A stretch of DNA of 35,667 bases from Macrostomum lignano (Eukaryota): positions 1 to 35,667 of the forward strand of contig NIVC01001790.1 in assembly GCA_002269645.1 (NCBI GenBank), written 5' to 3'. The notes beneath the pieces are model-generated. The model had not been told where the DNA came from and ran no database searches. It saw only the letters and a list, made by a program, of their open reading frames with translations. Numbering within the stretch: position 1 is the first letter of the stretch; every line of letters begins with the position of its first letter. This document shows positions 1 to 9,403 of the stretch, piece after piece. Made by a program: the position numbers and the translations under genes.

Positions 1-2
1 CA

Positions 3-86
3 GCAGCAGCAGCACAGCAACGGCAGCAGCAAAGCAGCAGTGGCAGCAACGAAGACAGCATCTTCCGCGACAGCAGGTCGTGGTGA
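3..86 (+). CDS. Probable 3' end of the last coding exon of an upstream gene (AAAAQQRQQQSSSGSNEDSIFRDSRSW*)
   Basis: GC-rich CAG/AGC-rich stretch at the window edge. Frame 3 has GC3-rich codons, ends in TGA 84-86, and AT-rich sequence follows. Frame choice is uncertain because all three + frames stay open for about 85-100 nt. Confidence 0.3.
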   Translation, partial: AAAAQQRQQQSSSGSNEDSIFRDSRSW

Positions 87-912
87 TGCTTGAACGGTCG
101 TGATTAAAATTTGCAGACAGTTTACTATACTATATGATGTCCTATTCCCTTGTTTTAGTGAGACACCCGATTATTTTTAACCCGTGTTTACTAACATCCT
201 TGATCCACGCTAATATCTTGGTGAATATCAAAAATCAGTTTTGGCAAATATATAACGGCAATATTACAATATGAGCGAATATGTCAATTTTCTGAGACGT
301 TGATTTTACTACTCAAGTCTTTCTACTTTGATGTTTCCTCTATCGGTCGCTCAAGGTTTTCACACCTAAGCTCATTTAAGCAAAGCTTGACTGAGAGGCC
401 AATCAATGGTGCCGGCACGGCAGAACGGAAATTTGAGAACTAAGAATGGATTTGAGGAAGACGGCAGTCCATTTTTCAACCCCCGCATTCACTCTCTCTC
501 CCGAAGCACGTGCAGCTGCCCACGCAGTATAGTTATAAATAGAAATTGTAATTAAATTGATAATACGACTAGATTCGAGCTAAGGCATGGTATGTTCGAT
601 TCAGAAAAAACCTCTGGTCAGTAAGAAAAAAGCAGAGGATATCGAGCGTAATAACATTTTAGCTCTATTACTGAAGGTAATTTGATGCATTAAACCCAAA
701 GTAATCAGGCTGATGACAATATTGAAAAATGTCAGTCATAGATCTTTCTGAATGTTTTTGATGTTTGATGGTAAGCTGTGCGAATGCATGACTTTTATTA
801 TAGCTTTTTGCAGACCATTTGGGCCTACGCGCATTGAATTTAATCTAAGATACGTTTGCGAATGAAACGGAGCTTTTGTCTATGGTAGCAAGGCTGGCAC
901 AGCGGCACTTGA

Positions 913-1380
913 TTTGGTCCAACAAGCATCAATTTGGTCCATAGCTTCATTCACAACTACCGCAGAGGAGCAGATCAGCCCCAGAATTGTGGACAATATG
1001 CTAGGCTGTCGAACGAATGCCATTGGCTTGCGATCGAAGCGCTCGACAGAGGTGAACACCCAAAGGACATTGCAAGGTTGCTGAATGTAAAAGAAAAGAT
1101 GGTTTACAGCATCCATCAGTGCGTTGAAACTCTGCCGGCAATCGCCAAAGCAAGTTGCGAGAGCCTCAGGTCCAACTGCTACTTGATGCAGTTGAGAAAC
1201 CCTTTTTTGGCGTTGCAGAAAATGCAGCAGAAGTTGAAGGAACAGCTCCAGTTTGTTATCAGATTTCGACTATCGGCAGAGCTCTGGAAAAGCAACTGAA
1301 AATTTTTAGTAGAGACGCTGACGTTCCAGCAGTACGCAACAACCCACAGACGGTTGCGAGAGGACAGGAGTTCGTATTTC
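913..1380 (+). pseudogene. Frameshifted N-terminal (DNA-binding) remnant of an IS630/Tc1-like transposase; no DDE domain
   Basis: ORF 934 frame gives an HTH-like LAIEALDRGEHPKDIARLLNVKEKMVYSI. After a frameshift near 1125 the ORF 1155 frame gives AGNRQSKLREPQVQLLLDAVEKP...ISTIGRALEKQLKIFSR...PAVRNNPQTVARGQEF, resembling the linker, second HTH and pre-catalytic RN-x-P segment of IS630/Tc1-like transposases. Recognised by eye only. Confidence 0.55.
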
Positions 1381-1403
1381 CTCAGTCAAGCAGTGGCCTG
1401 CAG

Positions 1404-2048
1404 ATGGCTGCAAGGATTAAAAGAAGCTGTTCGGCCAAATCGTGCACATCAAATTCGAAAACTTTAAACAACTGCGATGGCCTGTCTTTATTTGCATATC
1501 CGGTCAAAGATGCACAGAGACTGGTTATTTGGCTCGACAAAGTTGAAACAGATCGAGGATTCGCACCGATATCTAACAAGTACCTGTGTGAGCTCCATTT
1601 CAAGAACAAAGATTTTCTTACTTTGGCACAGGGTAGCCAAGCTCCTGGTAAGAGTAGAAAAAGATTGAGACCGGGAGCGGTTCCGAAATACGAATGTCCT
1701 GATCCTCCAGTCCTGCAGCGCTTTGATGCTGAAGACCCAGTTGAACTAGCACGGAGATCTCGCATTGGTAAACGAAGCTTGAAACCTGATTCAAGCAAAA
1801 GAAGCCGTATTCTATCCAGAAAGCGATGCCGTAGGTTCTACAAAAGATTTCTAAAAGCCAAGTCTAAGGCATTTGCCTCTGCAGTGGTAATCAAACAACT
1901 GAAGAGAAGTGGACAACTGAATTCGAAAGTGTCAGAGAAATTCCATCGAATGCCTGGCACACATTTGCGAGGGCCAGATTCGAGGTTTGCAGCAGCGCAT
2001 TCCATCGTCAGCACTTGTGGACCTCTTGCTGACACGCTCAATAGCTGA
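1404..2048 (+). CDS. THAP zinc-finger protein (214 aa from ATG 1404): N-terminal part of a P-element/THAP9-like transposase
   Basis: C2CH THAP signature: SCSAKSC...LFAYP...W...YLCELHF...RLRPGAVP, followed by a basic/coiled-coil region. No RNase-H catalytic core follows. Confidence 0.8.
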   Translation: MAARIKRSCSAKSCTSNSKTLNNCDGLSLFAYPVKDAQRLVIWLDKVETDRGFAPISNKYLCELHFKNKDFLTLAQGSQAPGKSRKRLRPGAVPKYECPDPPVLQRFDAEDPVELARRSRIGKRSLKPDSSKRSRILSRKRCRRFYKRFLKAKSKAFASAVVIKQLKRSGQLNSKVSEKFHRMPGTHLRGPDSRFAAAHSIVSTCGPLADTLNS

Positions 2049-2232
2049 AGCTTTTTCTGCTGGCCTATTCAGCCGGCTTGGTTATGAGCAGGCTAGAGAT
2101 GAAAATCACCGATACTTCTTGATTCGTGAGTACATCAGTGTTCGTATATTTCATCAATACAAATGGTTGAACATGTGCAGGGCCGTGTCTGTACGGCAGA
2201 TCCTCACGAAGATATTATTCATGTGCCAGTAA
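1921..2232 (+). pseudogene. C-terminal fragment of a P-element/THAP9-like transposase, out of frame with the THAP ORF
   Basis: Frame of ORF 1987 reads IECLAHICEGQIRGL...LFSRL...ENHRYFLIREYISVRIFHQYK...VRQILTKILFMCQ*, resembling the ENH..LI....IR.H..K...R..L.K.ILF..Q C-terminus of THAP9-like transposases. Confidence 0.6.
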
Positions 2233-2699
2233 CCAAACTACTGAGGAAACTGTCCTGCGTAACTATTTATTGATTTTTCAAGCTTGTCTTTTTAGTAATA
2301 AATTTCCCTTGTCTATATTTTGCATTCGATTCCCTTCATGCATCCTTTGCTTAAATTGTTATTTACTTTATCTCAGTTGTTCATTACTTTGTCTCAAGTG
2401 TTAATTAATTGCAACAACTCCTTGCTTCAATAGTACTGTTAAATCATTTCATGAATAGTTTCCCTCAATTGTAAATGTCAACTATGCATTCTTTGCCTTA
2501 ATCGAAAAAAATTCTCATGTATGCCTTCAATTTTCATCTCTGGCCAAATTTGAATATTTTAGCTCTTCTTACAGATTTATAGTTTCTTGTTTACTTGTTA
2601 GTTACTTGTTACTCGATAAACTTGTTAGTTTATCGCTATGGTATGCTCGTATAATGTACTTCAACAATACTTACAAACAAATACACCATTTTACCCTCG

Positions 2700-3190
2700 A
2701 TTTTGAACAAGGAGAACTTCGAAACTGACAAACTCCTCTTCAATATTGACACTCTATGGTCGGGCACTCAAAATCTACAATCAATATTGACAGATCAAGC
2801 TTCAATTTTGACAAACTCTGGTTCAATTTTGACAATGCACGTTTAGTCAACTTCTCCTGGGAGAATTCGGTAACAAAGTAATCCAATGAAAGCCTGAACG
2901 GGGCTGAAGTGAGCTGTGCAAAATCAACTTATTCTGACTTTGCTTTTTGGATCTACAAGTATTGATAAAATTTATTTTTCTCCATCCTTTAGACACACAG
3001 ACTAAAATAGCCTGACTGGTTGGGCTGCAAAGTCTGATTCTATTTTGACAGAGTTGCTTCAAAACTGACACTCTATGGTTTGTGTACCCAAAAAGTCCGC
3101 TTCATTTTTGACAACTCCGAATCAATATTGAACAGTTAACAATCAATTTTGACTAAGACATTTTTTGAAATAGATTTTGACAATTTTTAC
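2700..3190. repeat. Cluster of dispersed short direct repeats (TCAATWTTGAC / TTTTGACA), probably transposon subterminal repeats
   Basis: About a dozen TTGAC-core motifs in two blocks (2700-2835, 3040-3190), plus a direct repeat TGACACTCTATGGT near 2747 and 3066. Confidence 0.55.
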
Positions 3191-3292
3191 TAAGATTTCT
3201 CTCTTGAGGGGGGTACTTGCTATTTGGGAGAAGGGGTACTGGCTGCATGTATCTACGAGTACATGTATGGGAATATTTCTATTTAGGGATGC

Positions 3293-3329
3293 TTGCTAGA
3301 GTCCCTGCTCTCTCAAGGGACTCTAGCAA
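3293..3329. repeat. Perfect 14-bp inverted repeat (hairpin)
   Basis: TTGCTAGAGTCCCT (3293-3306), 9-nt loop, AGGGACTCTAGCAA (3316-3329). Confidence 0.85.
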
Positions 3330-3707
3330 AAGGCCGGTCATTTAACATCCCAAGACTCGGCCTACCGGCCTCGACGCTATGGCAGTTGTGTGTGAAGCGT
3401 GACTTCTTGATAGTGGAGTTGTGTCTAGTTTCGTCCAAAAACCAATGCAAAACGGCTATGACACAACTTCCCAGACGGAAATTGTTCACTAAGCGATTCT
3501 AGGGATTTGTGTCATAGGCATTTTCCACTTGGCGCAAGCCAAATGATGGCCATAGACTAAACGTTTGGAACGAAAATTTTAGCGGAACAGTCTGAAATTA
3601 CCATAGACGAAACAAAACATGTTAAATGAAGTTGTGGTAGTATAAGCTGGAACTCTGCAGCAGAGGATACATGTTCCTGTTTCTTCTGTTTGCCCTAACC
3701 TCTATTC

Positions 3708-4094
3708 ATGCCACTCATACGAATGATAAATTGGTCGAATTTGCTGATTGAAAGCATTGACGGCTTGAATGGAAATGAGGTCAACTTTCTCAGCGACTTG
3801 AGTGTGGGTGGACGTGACGAGGCAGATGACGAAGAGTTGATGGAGTTCATCCGATTCATTGAATGCGGTAACGATGATGCTCTGCCACCACTGCCAAGCG
3901 AAGAAGAGGCTTGCCCCGAGGATCCCATGCGGAACAAACCATGCAATTCGGCCGATGTGAGTGTAATTATTGTCGATTCTAGCTCTACTCATCGATTATT
4001 GCGGAACAATTGGTCCACGTTTCATTATGCCCATGTTACGGCCGTTTTCGTACATGTATACAATCTGTTTATTCAGCTCTGTTGTATTGAATAA
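3708..4094 (+). CDS. Acidic ORF of unknown function, possibly a transposon-gene fragment
   Basis: 128-aa ORF with an acidic core (RDEADDEELMEFIRFIECGNDDALPPLPSEEE). No recognisable domain; lies inside the transposon block. Confidence 0.2.
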   Translation: MPLIRMINWSNLLIESIDGLNGNEVNFLSDLSVGGRDEADDEELMEFIRFIECGNDDALPPLPSEEEACPEDPMRNKPCNSADVSVIIVDSSSTHRLLRNNWSTFHYAHVTAVFVHVYNLFIQLCCIE

Positions 4095-4291
4095 AAAATA
4101 TCCTCGCAAACGCATTGATAAAGGAATATACAGATTGCTTATCTGCAAATGGGTATATCCAAATTTAAACCACTTTAAAGCTCACTTTCAGGGAGGTTAT
4201 TGACATAGATTTTATTTTGCGGGATTTAATCGATCACTTTCCCGGACATATTGCAAGGATTATTGCAAATTTATTCGGCAAAAAACTTCAG

Positions 4292-4918
4292 CCATAGACA
4301 ACAAGCAAACAAGTAGGCATATGAATTCTCTGAAACTCTTGTAAGAAATAATAATACAATAACAGCAAGAACACTAATAATGATAATATTGCACGGACTT
4401 AGTTCATAGAGTTATCGTTAGTGTAATAAGTGTAATTGTAATACCTCAATTAATTGTTGATGGTCACACTGCAGTCCGTGAAGTTGAAATTAATCGTCTG
4501 GGCATGGCCCGTACTCTGAACGGCACTTGCAATACTTTTTCCATCTAAAATAGCACTGCACTTTTCGATCTGGACATCAGACGTTCGTTTGTAGCACCGC
4601 AGTGCTGATAGACTTTGATGTCCTGTTCTCTCCATGATGAGCTGTTCATCCACGTTTGCATGGTACAAACGAGTGGCACATGTAGCACGCAGGCTGTGAT
4701 TAGTCTCGCTCGGTGATTCGATTTGGATCATAATCGCCACAGAAATCCTCCGTAAAGCGCACTAAAGGATTTACGAAGATTCGTTCTTCCATGCTATCTT
4801 CTTTAATCAAGCGCAACACAATCTGTCTCACTTTTTCTCTTATGTATCTAAATATGCGAGCTTCTCTCTTCTCTTCCTTCGTAACTCGAGAAATTTCTTA
4901 ATGAAAATTTGTCTATGG
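4292..4918 (-). mobile_element. Internally deleted Crypton-like element bounded by 10-bp inverted repeats CCATAGACAA...TTGTCTATGG
   Basis: Perfect 10-bp IRs at 4292-4301 and 4909-4918 enclose the tyrosine-recombinase fragment. No flanking TSD. Confidence 0.6.
4450..4704 (-). pseudogene. C-terminal catalytic fragment of a Crypton-type (DUF3504-like) tyrosine recombinase
   Basis: TNHSLRATCATRLYHANVDEQLIMERTGHQSLSALRCYKRTS contains the H-x-x-R, H and catalytic Y motifs in the form seen in animal Crypton/ZMYM/QRICH1/KCTD1-type YR domains. The N-terminal half is missing. Confidence 0.85.
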
Positions 4919-4964
4919 TAAGAATGTGGGGGCTTCGCCCCCACACCCCCATCCCCAACTTCAA

Positions 4965-5046
4965 CCATAGACATACAAGTATGGCTCCGGGATTTATCTG
5001 AATACATCCCGCAAAATTAAAGTAGTTTAAATAAGATATTCTATGG
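4965..5046. mobile_element. Mini-module bounded by CCATAGA...TCTATGG
   Basis: CCATAGACATAC at 4965 and GATATTCTATGG ending at 5046; internal CGGGAT...ATCCCG stem. Confidence 0.45.
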
Positions 5047-5100
5047 GTTTGAGGTCGGTATTTCACTTAAATCCCTCGAGCCGAATATCTTATACGTATC

Positions 5101-5201
5101 AGATTAAACATGCCTTTTGAGGGAGTTATTTGTATAAATCACGAGGGCCTGAGGCCCGAGGGATTTATGAAAATAACTCCCGAAAAAGGCATGTGTAATC
5201 T
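5101..5201. repeat. Long imperfect palindrome (~49-bp arms, 3-nt loop)
   Basis: Left arm AGATTAAACATGCCTTTTGAGGGAGTTATTTGTATAAATCACGAGGGCC, loop TGA. The right arm reverse-complements to AGATTACACATGCCTTTTTCGGGAGTTATTTTCATAAATCCCTCGGGCC. Confidence 0.85.
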
Positions 5202-5209
5202 CGTATAAA

Positions 5210-5305
5210 CCATAGACATAAAGACTTTACGGGATATAATTGAATATTACCAAATAAAATCCCGGAGAACGCAAATATTGTCACGGAAAGTCTTTATTTC
5301 TATGG
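5210..5305. mobile_element. 96-bp MITE-like module with 19-bp terminal inverted repeats CCATAGA(C/A)ATAAAGACTTT
   Basis: 18/19 match between 5210-5228 and the reverse complement of 5287-5305; no direct TSD. Confidence 0.65.
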
Positions 5306-6163
5306 ATTATATAACCCGTTGGGAATATCCAAAGATGGGGGGCGGCTTGACCATAGACTATTCGCAGATAAGCAATCTGTTGTATTCCTGTTTCGATGCC
5401 TGAAAGGCGCGCAAAAATTTACGTAGTTCACAATTTCCGTCGACGCAATCGTTTGTGGCCCAAACGAAACTAGGCACAATAATTCTTGCAATATCGATTC
5501 TGATCGGACATTCATCTGATCTCCAAACGAAACCTATTGTAAGTTGAATAGTAGTATTGGTAATTGGAAACTGAATTTTACTTTTCTCTGTCCGTAACGT
5601 ATTTGTCACTTTACCTTATCAATTTATTTTTTGTTTCAAAAAATCGATAAAATCGAGTCATTTTCGCATTTAAAAAACTTATAAAAGTCCGAGTCCTTTT
5701 CAATTTTAGTTCGGGCTTGCGGTTTGGGGTTGAAAATCTAAAATTGAAAAACAATTTTTTGAATAACAAAAACAAATGCGGATAGCAAGTTTTGTTGTTT
5801 TATTAATGGCCTTTCAACATATCAATTACAAAGATTCCGGGATTTTTTTCGATTCTCCTGTTAATAATGTTCAGCTTTTCCGCTTTGTCAAGGCTCTTCA
5901 GTCACTTTAGACAAAGGAAATTGTTTTTTAGCCAATTTCTGGTACTCAGTCAAATAGAGGTCGTCACTGAGTTTATTAGTACAAGGGGATTGGGATTGCT
6001 GTCGGAGCCTTTCTGAATAGTCAAAAGGGAATAAATTTGTCAAAAATCGCGAGTGAAAAGGAATAGAGCGTCCAGAAATGTAAATTCTCCTGAAGCAACA
6101 AATGAAAAAGAATGTGAGACACACCTAATAACCAAGAAGAGGCGAGAGCGACGCAAAGAGAAG

Positions 6164-6635
6164 AGAGAGTGACGCGGAAAGGAGAGTGACGCGGAAAGGA
6201 GAGTGACGCGGAAAAGAGAGTGACGCGGAAAAGAGAGTGACGCGGAAAGGAGAGTGACGCGGAAAGGAGAGTGACGCGGAAAGGAGAGTGACGCGGAAAG
6301 GAGAGTGACGCGGAAAGGAGAGTGACGCGGAAAGGAGAGTGACGCGGAAAGGAGAGTGACGCGGAAAGGAGAGTGACGCGGAAAGGAGAGTGACGCGGAA
6401 AGGAGAGTGACGCGGAAAGGAGAGTGACGCGGAAAGGAGAGTGACGCGGAAAGGAGAGTGACGCGGAAAGGAGAGTGACGCGGAAAGGAGAGTGACGCGG
6501 AAAGGAGAGTGACGCGGAAAGGAGAGTGACGCGGAAAGGAGAGTGATGCAAGAAGGAGAGTGATGCAAGAAGGAGAGTGACGCAAGAAGGAGAGTGACGC
6601 AAGAAGGAGTGACGCGGAAAGAGAAAGTGACAAAA
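6164..6635. repeat. 17-bp minisatellite (GGAGAGTGACGCGGAAA), ~27 copies
   Basis: Directly visible tandem array with degenerate right edge; explains the spurious repeat ORFs at 6021-6830. Confidence 0.95.
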
Positions 6636-7295
6636 GGAAAAGAGAACCCATAGAAATTTTTTCAAATACAGCATGACAGAAGCAGAGGAAGAAGCACAGC
6701 TTAAATTGCTCAGTGGTTTATCACAATCGTACCGGGTCCAAGCCCTGCATACGCAAACAGCATGCGACGATACCTTGTAAATTTTTATTTTATCTTCGGC
6801 AAAAATCCAATGCAATCGAAAGCTGGGCAAAAATATTTTGCAAAGTTTTATAATAAGATTAGCTATACATACAGAACAACATACAGTATCATATTGTGCA
6901 AGAGCTTGCGAGCATATGAAGACTTTGCTGGTTATTAACAGACTAAAATCTGTTTACGAGTAAAAATCGCTTTGACTTTCAGAGCTTCTAAAAGTACAAA
7001 AATTACGTCGCAAACAACTGGTGCACTTCTTTGTAGAATAACATTTTGTCAGCAGCTTTTATTAATGCGAATCGTTAATCATTTCTAAAAAATAGGTGCT
7101 GTGAGTCTGCATTGAGCGGTTGGATAATGAAAGTAATTATCAATCAGTTGAGCCAGACTCATTTACTCGTAATTAAAAGGAAAATGTTTTTGTACAAGTG
7201 TAGGAAGACAAACTTAATTGAAATACGCGATGTTAGACAAAAGGGTCAATTAGCCATAAAAATGAAATAAAAAGATGTTTAAAATTGACACTTAT

Positions 7296-8040
7296 TCAGG
7301 CATCCCTCGCATCCTCCTGCCGCTGGCACGACTGCTTCTGTTGCTCTATGTCTTGCTTGTCTTGCTGAACATCTGGCAGTTGTTGTTGTACTGGCGGCTG
7401 CTGCTTCTCTTTATCGCACTTTTGGGATTGCGGAGGCAGCGGCGGCCCAACCTGAACGAAGTACGATGACAAACACGGAGTCCGTCGTCGATTACTTTGC
7501 ACCGCCGCTGGAATGTCAGCGTCAGAGCCGAACCGGACCTCCACTGTCTTCCAAAACCGCGGCCGGAAGCCTCGTTTTGCAACAGAGACCGCGTTGTCGA
7601 TGCAGCCGCCGACGTCTCCTGCTGAAGCGACTCGACGAAGCGGCATTGGCGACGACTTGACAACAACCTCCTCGGTGCGCTCGGTGGTGACCGCGACCGA
7701 CTCCTCCTCGGTGCCAAAGCTATTGTCAGAGTCGCAGTCACAACAGCTGTTGTCAGATAAAGCAGACGCGTCGGATAACAAGCAGGCCGTGTTGTCTGCG
7801 GAGCGAGACAGCACCTCGCCGGGACCGCTGTGCTGGGACGACATTGTGGCCGCTTCGTCCTCAGCAGGTCGAGCCGACCGTGGCGACACCCAGAGCCAGA
7901 GCGAGCTGCTTCGCTCATTGTCATCTTCGGCGCTGGAATCGTCAGAGACTTCGGCGTCCTCTTCTTCCTCCTCGGTTTCCAGGTTGCAAAGGATGAATTT
8001 GGTCGATTGTTGCTGAGCTGGAGAGCTCGAAGCTGATCGG
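7296..8040 (-). CDS. Last coding exon of a large low-complexity protein gene (minus strand)
   Basis: Acceptor TTGCCATTTAACAG| at 8041 (phase 2); GC-rich acidic/Ser/Gln-rich ORF to TGA at 7298-7296; AATAAA on the minus strand at 7063-7058. Confidence 0.7.
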
Positions 8041-9369
8041 CTGTTAAATGGCAAGCAAGGTTTGTCGGATATTTTATCTATGTTGTTGTGGCTGGGGGGG
8101 GAATTAGTTCGAAAAGGAGAATAGACAAGAGGGCCTAGACTCGATTCTTGACCCTGAGGTCAGATTATTTTGATTGGTTTCCGGCTGGTGCAGCTTGCTT
8201 TCGATTTTGCAAAGAACGTATCAGTCATCTGATCAGTCCTGATGCAATCATGCAATCTGATGATCATGCAACTTAAGAGTCAAAGCAATAATAATAAAGG
8301 TCTCTTTAGCACGAACCAAGGACCGTAGACCCTGAATACGTTCGTCTGAGTTCTTTCCAATAGTTGGAAGATCAAATGGTTAGAAAGTATTAATAAGCAA
8401 AGTCGGGATAAAAACAAAATTTGACTTTTTATCTTAAAGAAATCCTTGAAAAATCATGCAAAAGATGTTTACCTGGCAACCAAAGCTAGTTCTGCAACCG
8501 TGTGCTCCTCCTCGACAGTGGACTTGTTGAGCCAACCAAGCACAGCAGTTCAGCATGCAAGCGATGGCAATATGATGCAGGTTGAAGGATACTGTTTGTA
8601 CAAAGAATAAAGAATTGAAAAAAGCAAAATGATGCACGCAAAAGGTAGGAAACAGGTGAATTAAGATAGATCAGGATCAAGATGGATCAGACAGTGACTC
8701 AGATGATCATTACAGAATCACAACTGGACCAGACTCCGACTCGCCAGGCTCCAAATACGGTCCCGCTGAAAGACGGGAGCGATGAAATCGCATATTAGCG
8801 CTACGGTTCAGGTACTCGACAAAAAAACTCGACACAGCAAATGCAGTTCAAAGGTCAGATAATTTTGTAGGGGTAAAAAGGGGTAAACAAACAAACAAGT
8901 CACATGCTAGGAGGTGGGTGGCTTTATGGTTTGGCCAGAGAGACCTTAATCTTGTAGACTCTAAGACGCCGTTTAATTAGACTAAGAGTTAATTAATTTG
9001 ACTTTGACGCGAAGATGTCCAGAAGGGTGTAGTTAAGGTTATTTTGTGCACAGGTTTCCCGAATCAACTATATACTCGTAGAAGTCTCTAAGCACACAAA
9101 ATGATTTTTTGTACTACACCTGGATAAGCTTTTAATTCCAAGTACGCTCGTATTTTGTTGTTTGTTGTGCCCAGTAATCGTTTGATATCTAGATAGTATT
9201 TAATTCAATTGACCTTAAAATTTAAGTTCTCAGTGTCAAGGAGCGAGGAAGCATCCCTTCCCTCTCTGCAAGGTCAGCAAGTAAGTGGCCGGCCGTCAAA
9301 GTCAGTCCATGTTTCATTTCTCGGGACTTCCTCGGGGTGCACAGTTGCAAAAGCCCCAAGCTGACTTAC

Positions 9370-9403
9370 CTGCTTGGCACAGCCTGCAGAGCGGTGCGAC
9401 TCT
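9370..9403 (-). CDS. 34-nt internal exon of the minus-strand gene (ESRTALQAVPS)
   Basis: Acceptor TCTTTTTATTTTAG| and perfect donor CAG|GTAAGT. Phase 1 in and phase 2 out exactly bridge the 10462 exon end and the 8040 exon start. Confidence 0.7.

Noticed and set aside
6021-6830. Three overlapping minus-strand ORFs with FPRHSPFRVTLLSASLS repeats
   Set aside because: Artefact of a 17-bp minisatellite that lacks stops on that strand; no splice or start context.
8660-8790. Protein-like + strand stretch DQDGSDSDSDDHYRITTGPDSDSPGSKYGPAERRER*
   Set aside because: Short, no start or convincing splice context, antisense within an intron; cannot be supported as coding.
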